This document shows positions 1 to 12,399 of a stretch of DNA of 64,000 bases, one piece after another. Each line of letters starts with the position of its first letter. Within the stretch, counting starts at the first letter, position 1. The DNA is taken from assembly GCA_964187785.1 (NCBI GenBank), contig OZ076421.1:19282001-19346000 (forward strand), written 5' to 3'. The notes below the pieces were generated by a model. That model was given only the letters and a program-made list of their open reading frames with translations. It did not search any database and was not told the DNA's origin. The position numbers were made by a program, and so were the translations under genes. Source of the stretch: Amphiscolops sp. MND2022. Lineage: Eukaryota.

Positions 1-1
1 T

Positions 2-211
2 GTCAACGACTACCTCGATAAGATAGTCGCCGCTGAGGAAACCCTAGCAGAAACACAAGCGAGGAAGAGGGCGATTCTGGACGGGATGACTGCTGGGACT
101 TTTCTTCTTTTGCCAGGGAGAGTGTCGCAGGCTGCCGCCTGCGTTGGGAATTTCTACACAATAAGCTACAGCTGTCGTGGAGACCTTCCCGGCACTCGCC
201 GCCTGAAGTAA
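2..211 (+). CDS. 3' end of a small orphan ORF, homologous to the 82-aa ORF at 33537-33785
   Basis: Open frame from base 2 to TAA at 209-211 (VNDYLDKIVAAEETLAETQARKRAILDGMTAGTFLLLPGRVSQAAACVGNFY...). It is GC-richer than the flank and aligns without gaps to the 33.6-kb ORF at 10 of 40 positions. Confidence 0.55.
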   Translation, partial: VNDYLDKIVAAEETLAETQARKRAILDGMTAGTFLLLPGRVSQAAACVGNFYTISYSCRGDLPGTRRLK

Positions 212-926
212 AACTAATTTTCAACAAAACTCACTATATTTATGTCAGGTTATGGTGTTATTTAGTATTAATATTCGCACCATTTGTGAAATTTGTTCAA
301 TTTGGTCTATTTACTTATGATTAGGTTGGTATTTTGTTATTACACACATGGAAAACTGCGATACGTTATTAGTTGTGTTAATAATTGGACACCAAGGCGT
401 ACAGACAAAGGAAACGTGTTCAAATGTTCCTTTGCTTGTCGCCTTGGACCAGCAGTCCGCGAGAATATTAGCCAATCATTGCACAGTATACTTGCGGAAC
501 GCTACTATATAGTGCAGTAATTATTTATATTGTCGGCGCTATGGCAGTGGGACTACCAGTCCACTTTGAAAGAAGTGCAATACACTACGCGGAATTGCAA
601 TTAATAAATTTGTACGGCAATTTAGGCCTATAGTAAACTGCTATTGCAGATGTACATGTGCTTTTTTAAAGCTTGCCTTTGGAACTGTAATGGACTCTCA
701 GTCCTTTTCCCCCCTCTTATCCCAAGCTTTTCTCGAATTCCATGAAAAGATCATATGATGAAAAGCCATAAATTATGGCCCTTGTGTCTGTTTACTATTT
801 TCTTACACATCCGGTACATGTAATTTAATATGAATCGTTTTACATGTAATATCATTTAATATGATCCAATTGAACGGCCCACAAGGCTACATGAACACTC
901 ATTGATGTTGTTGCTACATATATAGT

Positions 927-1152
927 CAAATAAACAGAGCTATTAGTACATCTATAGCTGAGAGAGTTATCCCAGAGATCCAAAACTATGTGAGTTCAAT
1001 GTCCTTTTCAGGAAACAGGGACACTGAGGCCAGCGTGTCACCGAATAGTCAGGAGAATAGGGAATGTTATTCCGGGTCGAAATCAAAATTTACAAAAAGG
1101 GACTCACGGTCCGCGTGTGATTTGAGAGACACCACGAGCCGTGGTCATTACA
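927..1152 (+). pseudogene. Gag-like helical ORF fragment ending at a probable LTR 3' terminus
   Basis: QINRAISTSIAERVIPEIQN matches QNQRAINDAISSQVLPQIQN at 63.9 kb. The plausible coding stretch ends at ...CAT TAC A (1152). Confidence 0.5.
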
Positions 1153-1349
1153 CTAGAACCTTCTATTTTGACAGTAGTCTCATCTTGGAGAGATAGAATA
1201 AAGGAAACTGAGTTCTCAGAGTAAAGAGATAGCTACCTAAGTAAACGGTTTTGTTTAGGACTCAGAAATTTCTTAGTACTCTTTTGAAGAAATAAGATTT
1301 AACATACACCAAGTCTTAAGCAGCTCATAATACTGCAAAATGTTTCGAT

Positions 1350-1440
1350 GCATGGTCCCTGAATTTTCCAATTTTTGTAAAAAAAATTAGCCTGGATGTT
1401 TCATGCTACATGTAAAAAGTTCAAGCAATCTCGACTAGGG
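1350..1440. repeat. Short interspersed repeat, second copy at about 37242-37331
   Basis: GCATGGTCCCTGAATTTTCCA...AAAAAAAATTAGCC...CATGTAAAA...CGAC(T/C)AGGG occurs at both loci in the same orientation. Confidence 0.55.
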
Positions 1441-2280
1441 AACACATAAATGAACGTGAAACCTCAGGACCAAATAACTGAATCAGGGACAATCTTGTCA
1501 CCTGTCTCTCGAGACGACTGTTTTTCTAAGTGAATGATCATCCATTAGCTGCATTTGAAAATTTAGAAGAAGCAGAAACTGAAAAACAATCTGTGTGTGA
1601 AAATTCGTAAATCAAAGCGTTTTTCGTTTCCATCGGAAAAGCTGATTAAAATAATCTGTCGACGAGAGTTTAGACTGTCATAGTAGTTTGTCGTTTCGTG
1701 GGAGTATTGAAGCTGAATATGAGAAACACACGCAAAAACAAACCGCGAAGTTTGCGTGCTTTTCATCAGACGTATTGCAGACTTATTTCTTCGTTTCACT
1801 GTCATTTCTCTAGGTTTAATCTAAGTTATAAAAACAATTTTTCAATCAAAGTCTAAGTAAATAACATGTCTTTTGTGACAAGCTTTTTGTTACTTTACTT
1901 CTGAAAACAGCGATAACTTTTTATTTCCATATTATATCCACAGAAAATTGCAACAAATTGATCCTTTCATATATTTCCACAGAGCCAAACAAAAATCCTT
2001 TGAATATCGCTCATTTCCGCGTTCTTTGAGAGTGCAAGTTCAATTCGCAAACTTTGTCACTAGTCTTTGCGATATCGCGCCCCTCGACAAAAAGTTGTCG
2101 GAATCTACACACATTGTCGAAAATGTTAGTTATTTTGTTCTATCCAAAACAAAATATGAGTATGATCAATTTAAGTTCGAACAACTTAATTTCAAACTCT
2201 TCACTATGAAAATGTGAAAAGAGGGTTATCTAATTTTCAATGGACATCGGAGCTTTGATTCAAATATCCGTTCATGTATA

Positions 2281-2977
2281 TGTAACGTCCAGCAGTCGAC
2301 GACCAAAATTCGATGAAACAGTCTAAACTGTGCAAGCCAATTTGGCCGACCTGGCAGGTCCTTGAAATAGAGGAAAAAGAAAGAGAAGACACACAGACAC
2401 CCCCACCCCAACCCGGGATCGACGCCCCATCATTGAAAACCCGGAACTGTGCCATCTGACAGTGTATTTACGAGGATTTGCAGGAGAATGCCCCAGGATC
2501 AAGATATCACCGGTCTGTGGACAATGAAGAAAACTCGGAAACCAGCATGAACGAATTAGAAAAGCTTCTTTTGAATAATTCTAGTGCTGTTGATTTTTCT
2601 TTGCAGGTTTATGGTGATGCTGGATCTACGAGATCCGTGTTTTTCAATTTCAGAACTTATTCACATAATAATATTTGCTTCGGCTAGAAACCCATTTTGG
2701 ACCTCGGAGGTATGTAGAGTCGTCAGGAACCCTTCGGAATGTTTTTACGTGCTTGTGGGACGTGTCCGGACTTTGAGTGTGCCGGCACGTCGCCACGGGG
2801 CTCTCAGTTGGGGAGTCTCCTTAGACCAATGGAAAGTCCCTTTGGAGACCTTTTTGGGACTAAAACTAATGTCTAGGTTGTAGTGAGGCATTGGTCTTCA
2901 GTTTAGACAACCTAGGCATGGATCCAGTTCTACAATGTAGCTGTTAGCTTGACGTTAAATCTAGGATAGTTTTTTTA
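2281..2977 (+). mobile_element. 5' LTR of Gypsy family A
   Basis: Starts TGTAACGTCC, is the reverse complement of 38071-38710 along its length, matches 45529-45646, and is followed directly by a PBS. Confidence 0.8.
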
Positions 2978-2995
2978 TGGCGCCCCGAAAGGGAC
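2978..2995 (+). promoter_or_regulatory. Primer-binding site, tRNA-Lys-like
   Basis: TGGCGCCCCGAAAGGGAC versus the canonical tRNA-Lys3 PBS TGGCGCCCGAACAGGGAC. The leader that follows (to about 3180) matches the reverse complement of 45330-45510. Confidence 0.7.
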
Positions 2996-3408
2996 CTTTT
3001 TTCCATTTTTCGTCGAATCAGGAGTTTTTTGTGCTTTCCGGCCATGCTAGGTCAGGATCTGGGAAACTTGTTGGAGAGTCCTAGATTGTGTTTATTTTGC
3101 CTTAGTCAAGCCTTGTAGACTTTCTTCTAACAGAATTCTTCCAATGTATTTCCGAGGTCTGGAATGAGAAAAAACTTATTAATAGCAAAGGTTGCCTATT
3201 CGTATCACGTCGAGGTCATCAATGTTTAGCATTTAGCACTTACCGTCAAGGGACAACAAAAAGTTCTATGCGGGTTGTTTACATATATGATTATGTACGT
3301 ATACATAAATGAGCAATGGTAAGAGAATATCATATATGAGAGACTGGTAAGTGCCAGATAGTTTGATTGATGAATAATGCAGTTCAGGAATACGGGAACA
3401 AAGAAATC

Positions 3409-3484
3409 AAAAAGAAGCGCCGCCACAGATTCGAACTCTCGCAGACAGATTGAAAGGCAATGACTTATCCACTATGCAGAGTGT
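3409..3484 (-). ncRNA. tRNA-derived Pol III unit (SINE head or tRNA pseudogene)
   Basis: Box A-like TGCATAGTGG, box B GAGTTCGAATC, then TTCTTTTT. The cloverleaf stems are incomplete. Confidence 0.45.
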
Positions 3485-3626
3485 ACTAATAATTACTGCG
3501 CGATCATTGTGATGTAATGCGCCAACATCCCGCCAGCCATGAAGTATCAGATTCAATAATATATATGGTTATCACACGTGCTAATACAAAATGCAAAATG
3601 ACATGAGTTTGAGATTAAAGTTTGAC

Positions 3627-3712
3627 AAAAGAAATTTTTGTGCTTCGGGGATTCGAACTCCAGATCTTCTGATGAGAGATTAGATTGTTGAATTCACCAC
3701 TGCACTATCATC
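3627..3712 (-). ncRNA. tRNA-derived Pol III unit (SINE head or tRNA pseudogene)
   Basis: Box A TAGTGCAGTGG (3707-3697), box B GAGTTCGAATCC (3660-3649), then TTTCTTTT. Confidence 0.5.
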
Positions 3713-3914
3713 GTATACAAGGGGGTTGATTGTACTTTGGGTATTTGAGTTGGGTGTGTGTGGCTGCAGTTGAAAAATTAAAATGTTGGCTGGCTTCTTT
3801 TCTTCTCACACTAAACCTCCTCACTCGCACCCTTTATCCCCCGTGAGGAGGGAATCCAGAATTGATCAAAGTTCCCTTAGGAAATTGGGAACCTACTCGC
3901 CAGAGCGAGGTAGG

Positions 3915-4003
3915 AGTGCGGCGTGTGCACGACTCGAACCACCAACCTGGCGGCCCATAGTGAGTAACAGTTGCGTTAACGTTTTCCACTAAGCCACTGC
4001 ACA
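3915..4003 (-). ncRNA. tRNA-derived Pol III unit (SINE head or tRNA pseudogene)
   Basis: Box A TGGCTTAGTGG (3996-3986) and box B GGTTCGAGTC (3940-3931). The T-stem does not pair. Confidence 0.5.
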
Positions 4004-4026
4004 AAGTTTCCTTGTCGTTCGTGCTG

Positions 4027-5560
4027 CTACTCATTGTGTGCATGACGTTTAACGTTTGCACTGTGGACGTCATTGTCCTCGACTGGTAGACGTCTCAACT
4101 TGCTGATTGCGCGATTGAATTCACCGCGCGATGTTCTCACCAATGCCACTCTAGCTAAGCCATCGTGACCAGGCTTCAATTGCATCACTCGACCAATACT
4201 CCACTGCAGTGGTGGAATGCCATCGCCTGTGATCAGCACTACGTCATCAACTGAAAAAAATTGCACGTTCTTGCCGCCATTTGCCTCGCAGTTGAAGTGA
4301 TGCTACATACTCAGAAGACCATCGCTTCCAGAATTGAGAGACTAGCTGTAGAAGAGCGCGAAATCATTTTACTGGATGCCCACGGGCATCCATCTTTTGC
4401 AAACAGGGCTGTGGGATAGCATCCAATCAGCAGCCATTGACTTGCACTGACGGGGTGAGCGCAAAGATGTTATCTGGGTTCTTTGTGAGAGCCATCAGTG
4501 GACGATTGTTCAATGCTTGTTCTATTTGGCACACAATGGTTGTCATCTCCTCGTAGTTGAGAATGGAATTGCCCATGACTCTACGCCAGTGGTGCTTCAT
4601 TGACTTCACCGCTGCTTCCCATAATACGCCGAAATTGGGTGAGGGGAAGGAAAGAATAGCCATTCAATGCTTCTGAATGATTGTGCCCCTGCCCGGACCA
4701 AATTCTCCAACTTGTTGAGGTCACGTCTTGCACCCACGAAGTAGGTTGCATTGTCTGACACAATTTGACTGGGGATGCCTTGTGTTGCAATGAACCGTCT
4801 CAGAACCACCACCATTCCATCTGTTGTCAGTGATGATACTGTTTCTATGTGAACAGCGTTTGATGCAAAACATACAAAGACAGCTACCTAACCCTTGACG
4901 CATTCATTTCCCCCTTTTGAAAATTAGAGGTCCTGCGAAGTCACAGGAGAAAGCACGTTCAGGAGCTTCGATCCAACTGGAGGGCAAGTCACCCAAGAGC
5001 TGTTCCGTTGGCCCTGAATTGAAACGGAAGCACGTGACACACTTTTTGATGCACGCTGACGTTTTCTTCATTGCCTGAGTGACCCAGATTTGCTGTCTCA
5101 TTTCTGCCACTGTTGCTGTGGGACCAGCATAAAGGGTTCGCATGTGGGCATCGTTGATTGCCAGAGTAGCCAGTTTGCTTCGGTGTGACACCGGTAAAGG
5201 GAACCTCTGATCGTCAGTCATTGAGTCATTGAGTACCCGTGGGCCAACCTGCCGCCGACCCTGATAACGCCGTTGACCATGAATGGGTAGAGCGATGCTA
5301 TTGAGCTCCTCGGGTTGATGAACTGACCATTTGAGAGGGTTCGGTAATCGGCTTCAAAGCGTACCATCTGATCGGCCTTGACCACCGCAAGTAAGGCGAG
5401 AGCCATTTCCCCCGACCAAAGATCGTCTCGAGATCTTTCTTGAACTCTACTTTGCAAATGCACAGGGTTCTTAGTTCTTAACAACGTCACCAGTGAATTG
5501 AAACTGTCCAAGTTTACTAACGATCTACTGGGCGGAGTTAACAGTGTCAAAGAATTAACT
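4027..5560 (-). pseudogene. BEL/Pao LTR retrotransposon pol remnant (post-RNase H region, HHCC zinc finger, rve core, DUF5641-like C-terminus)
   Basis: Frameshifted fragments in the expected order: GVIRVGGRL; H...AGP..T....RQQIW...CIKKCVTC; CDFAGP; LRRFIA..G.P..IVSDNATYFVGA; P.FG.LWEAAVKSMK; LN.RPL; W.IGRV....PG.DG..RV..V.T. Confidence 0.9.
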
Positions 5561-5644
5561 TCTTGGTTGGCTTCCTCCTTTGTGAGGAGGTTGGTCAGGA
5601 AATGATGATCCCAACAACGTGGTTCCTTCGAATCAGAATTTCTG

Positions 5645-8600
5645 TTGAGCATTTCAAGCATTTATTTAACATACAAACACTCACAACAATTGACGAAAAT
5701 GTAGTAATAGTTCTCAATTTAGCATACTGCAGGAGTGAACAAGCATGTGTTCGCAATGTTAACTCTTTTACAGTCGTACATTGATAACATTCAATCACTT
5801 AACTGCTCCCATCCATTACTTTTTAATGTACGATCTGTTGGCAAGCAAGATCGTTGTCTCAGCTGCAACACCATTGTCTGTATTCGCATCCATTTTTCAT
5901 TTCTCGTCAGTCACTGACTCCAAAAAACCGTTCAAAGAATTTGATCAGAAATTATTGAACAAGTCGTTCTTTAATAATAACACACAAAACCCAAGCTCCA
6001 ACAAGTGTGTTTTTGGATGCGTCAACTGGGTAGTAAAGAGTGATTGACAACAACCAGTTTCCTGATTCGAGTCTAACAAACTAGTGAATTGTATGCTTTG
6101 CAATGACAAATACGATACCGCAGTGCAAGTAATAATGTCCGTAACAGACTGGGGTGGTGATAAATAATCAGTGTATCCTCTTTGTCTAATGGGGTGAAAA
6201 CCTCGTGGTTGTGAGCAATTAGTCTGGTAGCTTCACGGATAATGAAGGCCAAGCGGTACAACTTGCAATTTTTGTGAAGTGTGGGAGAATGTGGTATTTG
6301 TAATTTGGTCTTGAAACGTTCAAGTCTCCCTCCTGGAACGATTGTAAGGCATAGTGTGAAAACATGTTGTTTGAACACAATTGTTGCATCTGGATTTGCA
6401 ATTTCACTCAACTGATGATGCAATTGGTTGATATTTTCGTTTGTACAACAACGGATGCTATTAATCATCACCACTGAAAAATAGTGTACACACAATATTG
6501 TAGACTTAAAGTTCAGTACTAGTGGACTCCAATGAATATTATGTAATTGCCTTTGCTGGAAACGTAGGTTGCACAATGTATAAACTGATGCCTATCAAAA
6601 ATGGAAAATGGCACATATCACAACAAATCTATATCTCTACAGAAGCAACTCGATTGTTATACTGTTAAAAGAATAACGAAAAAATGGCGGAACGTTCAGT
6701 CAACATTTTCAATCTACCTTCATGGAAGGTATGAGTCACTTTACCATAAAAGAGAGCGTAACTCTACCGTGAAAGGAAAAGTAATTACCTACTATAGTCA
6801 GCGTTGCCTCTAAAGTATCTGTCAATCAGTTTATATCTCTGTGAAAGTAAATAGCTCGAGTATGTGATTCAACTATCGAAAACAGCTCAAAACATCCATT
6901 TAACAAAAAATGCTTCAACTGGGAAAAAATGGATAAGCTTGCAAACATCCTTCTAAAAGAGAAAACCTTACGGAATGACAATTTCCAATTGAGTACTGTA
7001 AAAATTAACAACGGAGCAATATTGAACACTTCATTGAAATTGTAATAAAATTGAAAACCGTGATTCAGATAAACAACACTTCACAACCATGTAAGAAGAA
7101 CGTTAAAAGTTTTTAATTAGAAAGGGTAAAGAGTTGAATGTCATCAAACTTGATTCATGCAAACGGCTTTACATTCTTGATCACAATTGACTTGATTCTA
7201 CATTTCTTGACAAGTATGGGTTAAAGATACATATTTACGAAGCTCACACCATTACTGTAATTTTTGACTTCAAACACGGACAAAAGAGTGCAATGTCTTT
7301 TTAGGTTCCTTTTAGCTTAATCTTTTGCAGCTTCTTTTATTCCGGGTATGGTATATTGAAAAATCCAACTTGTGAAAAAGGGTCCCATTCATGCAATCCC
7401 CACTCTTGGAAGAATAGTTCTTTGCTCTCACAAGACAAATTGCTAAATGTCGTTCAAGTTTGATTGAATGACAAAAGTAGCAATCACAAGTCGAGCAACG
7501 GAATGCGTTGAATAGCGCTTGAATGTTTGCTACATAGTAAATGTGACTGTTGTACCGTAGCAACCTAACAGTATTGGAATGCTTCTGCAGACTCCATCTG
7601 ACAAGCTCACCCACAAAAGATCCATACACAGTGTCAACATCGAATAAAATATTGTTTGTCACAAGAATCACTTCCGCTGTCTGTATATTGTTCAAGCAAA
7701 CACCTTGAAATGTTGCGGACTCAACTCTTTTTTTTTCTCTTTCATGAAGAGCTGGAAAAAGTTACATGTTCTCTCTTCTGACCTCTGATGTCCGTGTAGT
7801 TGTATTGCCAAGATTTGAAAAAAAACTCAAGTTTTCACAGGGTGTTTTGAATACAAGTGAGACAGTTAATAAATCGTTCCTTGATTAGATGGTTCGGAAA
7901 AACTGCATTTCTATTACCAAGTGGAATATTTTTTAGTTAAATTGCAAAAACTGTAACATTTGTCATCTTCGAGAACTGCCTATTTGTGTTGACCATACCA
8001 CGAGTACAAGCTGTTAAGAATATTTTTGCAGAAAGCATTGCTTTAAAGTGTTTCAAGTCGTCCCCTGTAATTAACAGTTTGTATTTCTCCAACATTTTAT
8101 TTTTCAATTGAGGATGAACTAATCGACAGCGTGAGTCCTCAATTTTTTTCATTACAAAACCGAAAGCAACATTGACTTTAGCTGCGTATTTCAAGTGACC
8201 AAGTAAGTCAACCAGCTCGGAAATGAGCTTTTCAATACTGAAAGGTTCTAATGCGAAGTTGAATGTGACGTGATTTCCTTGCTCCAATTTCCAATCAACC
8301 AGAATTTATTAATACGCACATGGAACATTTTTGGTGTCCGCGCCGGAGGGATTGTTGAGAAATGGACCTACACGGAGACAGTGCAATCGAGATCCTGATT
8401 TTTCTCTTGGTTGCTCCCTGTTTTTGGGTTGTCCCGGTAGAAAAAACACAAAAATTTCACTGTGGACACACTCTTCATTTCGATGTAATTTCAAGCTTCA
8501 CATTTTGCTGCTTCACAATACTGTAAATCAAATCAGCTTGGATTGGCGTTGAGAAATTAAAACAATTGTGACAGTACTTAATTCGAACAGAAGATTTTTT

Positions 8601-8700
8601 TTTCATTGTTGTACAGAATGCTCCCTGTCTGTTTGTGTCCCAGTTTTATCAAGCAAAGCTTGTTCATTTCTGCCAAAAACACGCATTGTAACAAGGTAAC
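5645..8700 (-). pseudogene. Polinton/Maverick-type protein-primed DNA polymerase B, dead copy 1 (3' truncated)
   Basis: Inverted copy of 12400-15840, with fragments AAKVNVAFGFV...C.R...NT.WQF.K.TN.T, LLRYNSHI.YV.N..ALF..FRC..C and LLQYAKLRT. Confidence 0.75.
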
Positions 8701-9211
8701 GCAACAAATCTGTATCTCTACGGAATCAACTCGTCAGTAAAACGGTCAACACAATTAATAACAAAATGGCGGAAAGTTCAGTTCATATCTTCAATCTGCC
8801 AATAATGAAAAGTATGAGTCACTGAACCTTAAAAGGAAGTATCAACCTACTTTAAATGGGAAAATTAATTACGCAATAGCGTCTGCGTTTCCGCTAAAGT
8901 ACTTCTCCATAATTTTCCTTCTGAAAACTTGTGGATGGTTTGAAGGAATATCCGAATACTTGTCCGTCAATAAAAAACGCCCAATTCTTTTACAACATTT
9001 TTGTCTGCATGGAAAACATCCAGCACCATCAGAGACATTTTTGCATATTTACAGAGACAATTTCGATTGGAGCCACCGATCTGGGTCGAACTTTGTGTCG
9101 ATCCAAACTTTGTAAATCAAAATGTAAATCTCCAGCAAGCAACCTAATTGTACGACTGTGAAATTTGAAATGAATTGAAACTGATTAGAGGAGAAGTTAG
9201 TAGTCATTCTA

Positions 9212-10702
9212 CCATATATGGCAATCTTTATATGAAGAAGTCTTCTCGAAAAAGGCGAAGCGTAAATCTACCATATATGGAAGCGTCAATCTCCCATATA
9301 TGGAAACTGTAATGACGTGCTAGCTCGAGTGTTCTCTCAAGTACTCGTAGAAAGTTTCTCATATTGTTGAGTTCTCTCTTTTTCGGGATACCAAATGCGC
9401 ACAACTGTGTCGTATTAACTTCAGAAGTAAATTGCTACACGGTGTCACGTCATCGAACATCACCAGGGAAGCAATACTTTCATCGAAACTGATGAAATAC
9501 AATAATGAACATACCAAAGAGAACAGCGACTGTAGCGAGTGCTAGTAATGTTAACAGGACAAATCCAATTGTGAAAACTGTAACATAGAGTAGAACATGG
9601 CAGTCGGAACAAATGCCCATCTTTGGCGAAGCTTAAAATGCACACATTTGCAAGTAAAATTTTTCACTGTGTCGTTTTGTAATGGAAAATACTTACAACG
9701 TGTCATAAGTTTTCTGCAAAGTTTTCACAAAATTTAAAATTTTGAACGAAATGAAAAAATTAAAAAGACAGAGTTAAAAGATGTTTTTATTTTTAAAAAG
9801 ACAGGCTTTTACACAGTTTACTCTGTAAAGAACGACAGATTTTGCACCTGCGATACATTAAAAAAATGACACGTTCTCAAGCAAAAATTTTCACGTCTTG
9901 TCAGATGTTAAAGTAAAATTTTTACAACGTGTCATATTTTTTTTCGGAAAATTTTACAACGTGTCAGTTTTTAAAGTAAAATCTTTACAGCGCATCAGAT
10001 TTTACACGAGATGTAAAATTTAAAAAGACAGATTTGTAACACATTTTTATACAAAACACAAATAAAGACAATATTTAAAAAATTCAACAAATTTTGCTCA
10101 TACGATCAATTTTTTCAAAGACAGGTTATGATGCAAAAATTTTTACGTCTTGTCAGATTATAAACTGAAATTTAAACAACGTGTAAGATTTAAAACTAAA
10201 ATTTTTACGCCACGTCAGATTTATAAGCAAATAGTATAAAGACCGTGTATATAAAAACAAATCTTTTTATGTGCAATCAATTTTCGTTGCATAAAAATTC
10301 TGCGCAAAACCTCAAAGAGAAAGTGAAAAGTCGGATTAGTGTGTAAAAGCTACTTAAATGTGTTTCGATTAAGTATTGCTTCTTTTGTGATGTTCGGCTT
10401 TTGCGCCCAGCAACACGTGACACCGTGTAACAACTACTCTGACAGTGCTCTATGAATGTTTTGATGGTTACCCGATATGGGTCAACTTGAAATGTATTAC
10501 ATAAGGAGGTACGAATGGTTAAAAAACAATGAACCTCTGATGAATTTGGGTCGCTCTTCGTGAGCGGTTTTGCCATATAAGGTAACGTCTTTTGAAGTCA
10601 TTACGATACAGTTGTACGAATTTAGTCTCCCGAAAAAGAAATTTTCTACAATTACTTGAGAGAACACTTGAGCTAGCAGGTGATTACAGTTTCCATATAT
10701 GG
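9212..10702. promoter_or_regulatory. Cluster of five CArG-box motifs CC(A/T)6GG
   Basis: CCATATATGG at 9212, 9271, 9294 and 10693; CCATATAAGG at 10573. Motif match only; function not shown. Confidence 0.4.
9650..10235. repeat. Degenerate ~31-bp repeat array, consensus about AAAATTTTTACAACGTGTCAGATTT
   Basis: Cores ACAACGTGTCA at 9695, 9924 and 9956; variants at 9893, 9987, 10145, 10176 and 10207. Confidence 0.75.
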
Positions 10703-12399
10703 TAGATCCCCTTTTTTGGGAAGACTTCGTCATTAAAAAATGCGATATATAGTAGAATGGTTACTAACTTCTTCTCTAGTCGTTTTCAGTACAATTTAAA
10801 TTTCAGAGTCGTACAAACAAGTTGCTAGCTGGAGATTTACATTTTGACTTACAAAGTTTGGATCAACAAAAAGTTTGACCCAGATTGTTGGCTCCAATCA
10901 AAGTTGTCTCTGTAAATATTCAAAATTGTCTCTGATCGTGTTGGATGTTTTGCATGCAGACAAAAATGTTGTTAAAGAATGGGCGTTTTTATTGACGGAC
11001 AAGTATTGGATATTCCTTCAAACCACCAACAAGTTTTCATCCAACATTGCAAACACATTGGTGCACAAATAATTTGTACAATTTTGATTGCAGAACCGGT
11101 GCTCTGGACTAATATGACGTTACAAAGATTTCGACTATTCTCAAGCAGTACAGAGCCGATTTCTTTGTAAAACGATTGGAAAAATGCATAATTTTGAGCG
11201 CGTTACTGGCCAAGCAGGTCGAAAATTTAGCTGACTGGATGCCCAAAGATTCAAGGAACTCAATTGTGACTAGTTGTGTTCCAGGTATCCCTACAGACAT
11301 CGGACAACTCGTCACTGCTCTGAAAAAAGTGAAAAAACTTTTGGCACATGGACTGTGCAAGAATTTAGTCGGTGATTTGCTGTCTGTTGTTTTGTTTTAT
11401 ACGGAAAAACAATTTATTTCATTTTAAACCCAAATTTTAGCTAATCCAGTGGATTGGTGCTTTGCGAGCAAGATCTGTTTGTCATTGATTGATCGAGTAC
11501 AATGAGTTTGATACATAAAACACGAATGATACACTACATAGGAAGAGCTCATTTATATAGAACGTTAGATGTACAATTTGTTGGTCTATAAACTATCATT
11601 CTCTTGGTTGTGTAACGTGAAATTAATACATTTTGTTAGCCAATTGAATAATGTAAGGCTCCTGTGCAATTAAATGCACTAATACCAGGCCAAGTAGATT
11701 TAGTTTTTTATTTTCTCTTGATTGATTCAACCCACAATGGATCAGTGTGAGAAATCTTCAGATTATGATACGCGTTTCTATCAACAGTATCAATACTCGT
11801 GCTACTATCAATTTAAAATGATATTGCTACGTTAGGGTTAACAATTGAACATTTCCAGTTTTGGAATTTCTGAGAATTTCCTTTTTTGGAAATTGATATT
11901 TGAAGAGAAAAAACAAAAGTGTAATCATCTGTCAGTTTCGCACGCTATCTATCTTTTAAAAAAAGATAATTTATTGTTTTGGATTATGATTTTCACAGTC
12001 AATGCCGCGTCTTTCTAACAGATATTTTTCGCCAGATAGCGCACCCAGACAATGCGACGTCTTTACCGGAGGATTTAGTCCGCTTGAGTTATTTTCTAAT
12101 TTCTCAGACACTGCTACATCCTACCGAGGGAATTAGTTCTACTTGAGTGGCCTTCCTGTGGACAATGCGTCGTTACTTGAGGGGAACGTGTTCTACTTGA
12201 GCAATCGTCTTTCACAGATTCTAAAAATTAATTGAGAGGTTCCTTAGCAGTAACCCAGACGCTGTGGCGTAATTAATTTTCTCTTTTAAAGTTGGTTGAT
12301 ACTTCCTTTTATGGTTCAGTGACTCAAATTTTCGATTGAAGGCAGATTAAAGATTTTACCTGAACTTTCCGCCATTGTTTCATTATTTTGGTTGACCGT

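Noticed and set aside
3669-3680. CTGATGA hammerhead ribozyme core (also at about 9489 and 10538)
   Set aside because: No flanking stems with a correctly placed GAAA.
3409-4003. Functional tRNA genes
   Set aside because: Box A and box B are present, but the T-stems and acceptor stems do not pair into a cloverleaf.
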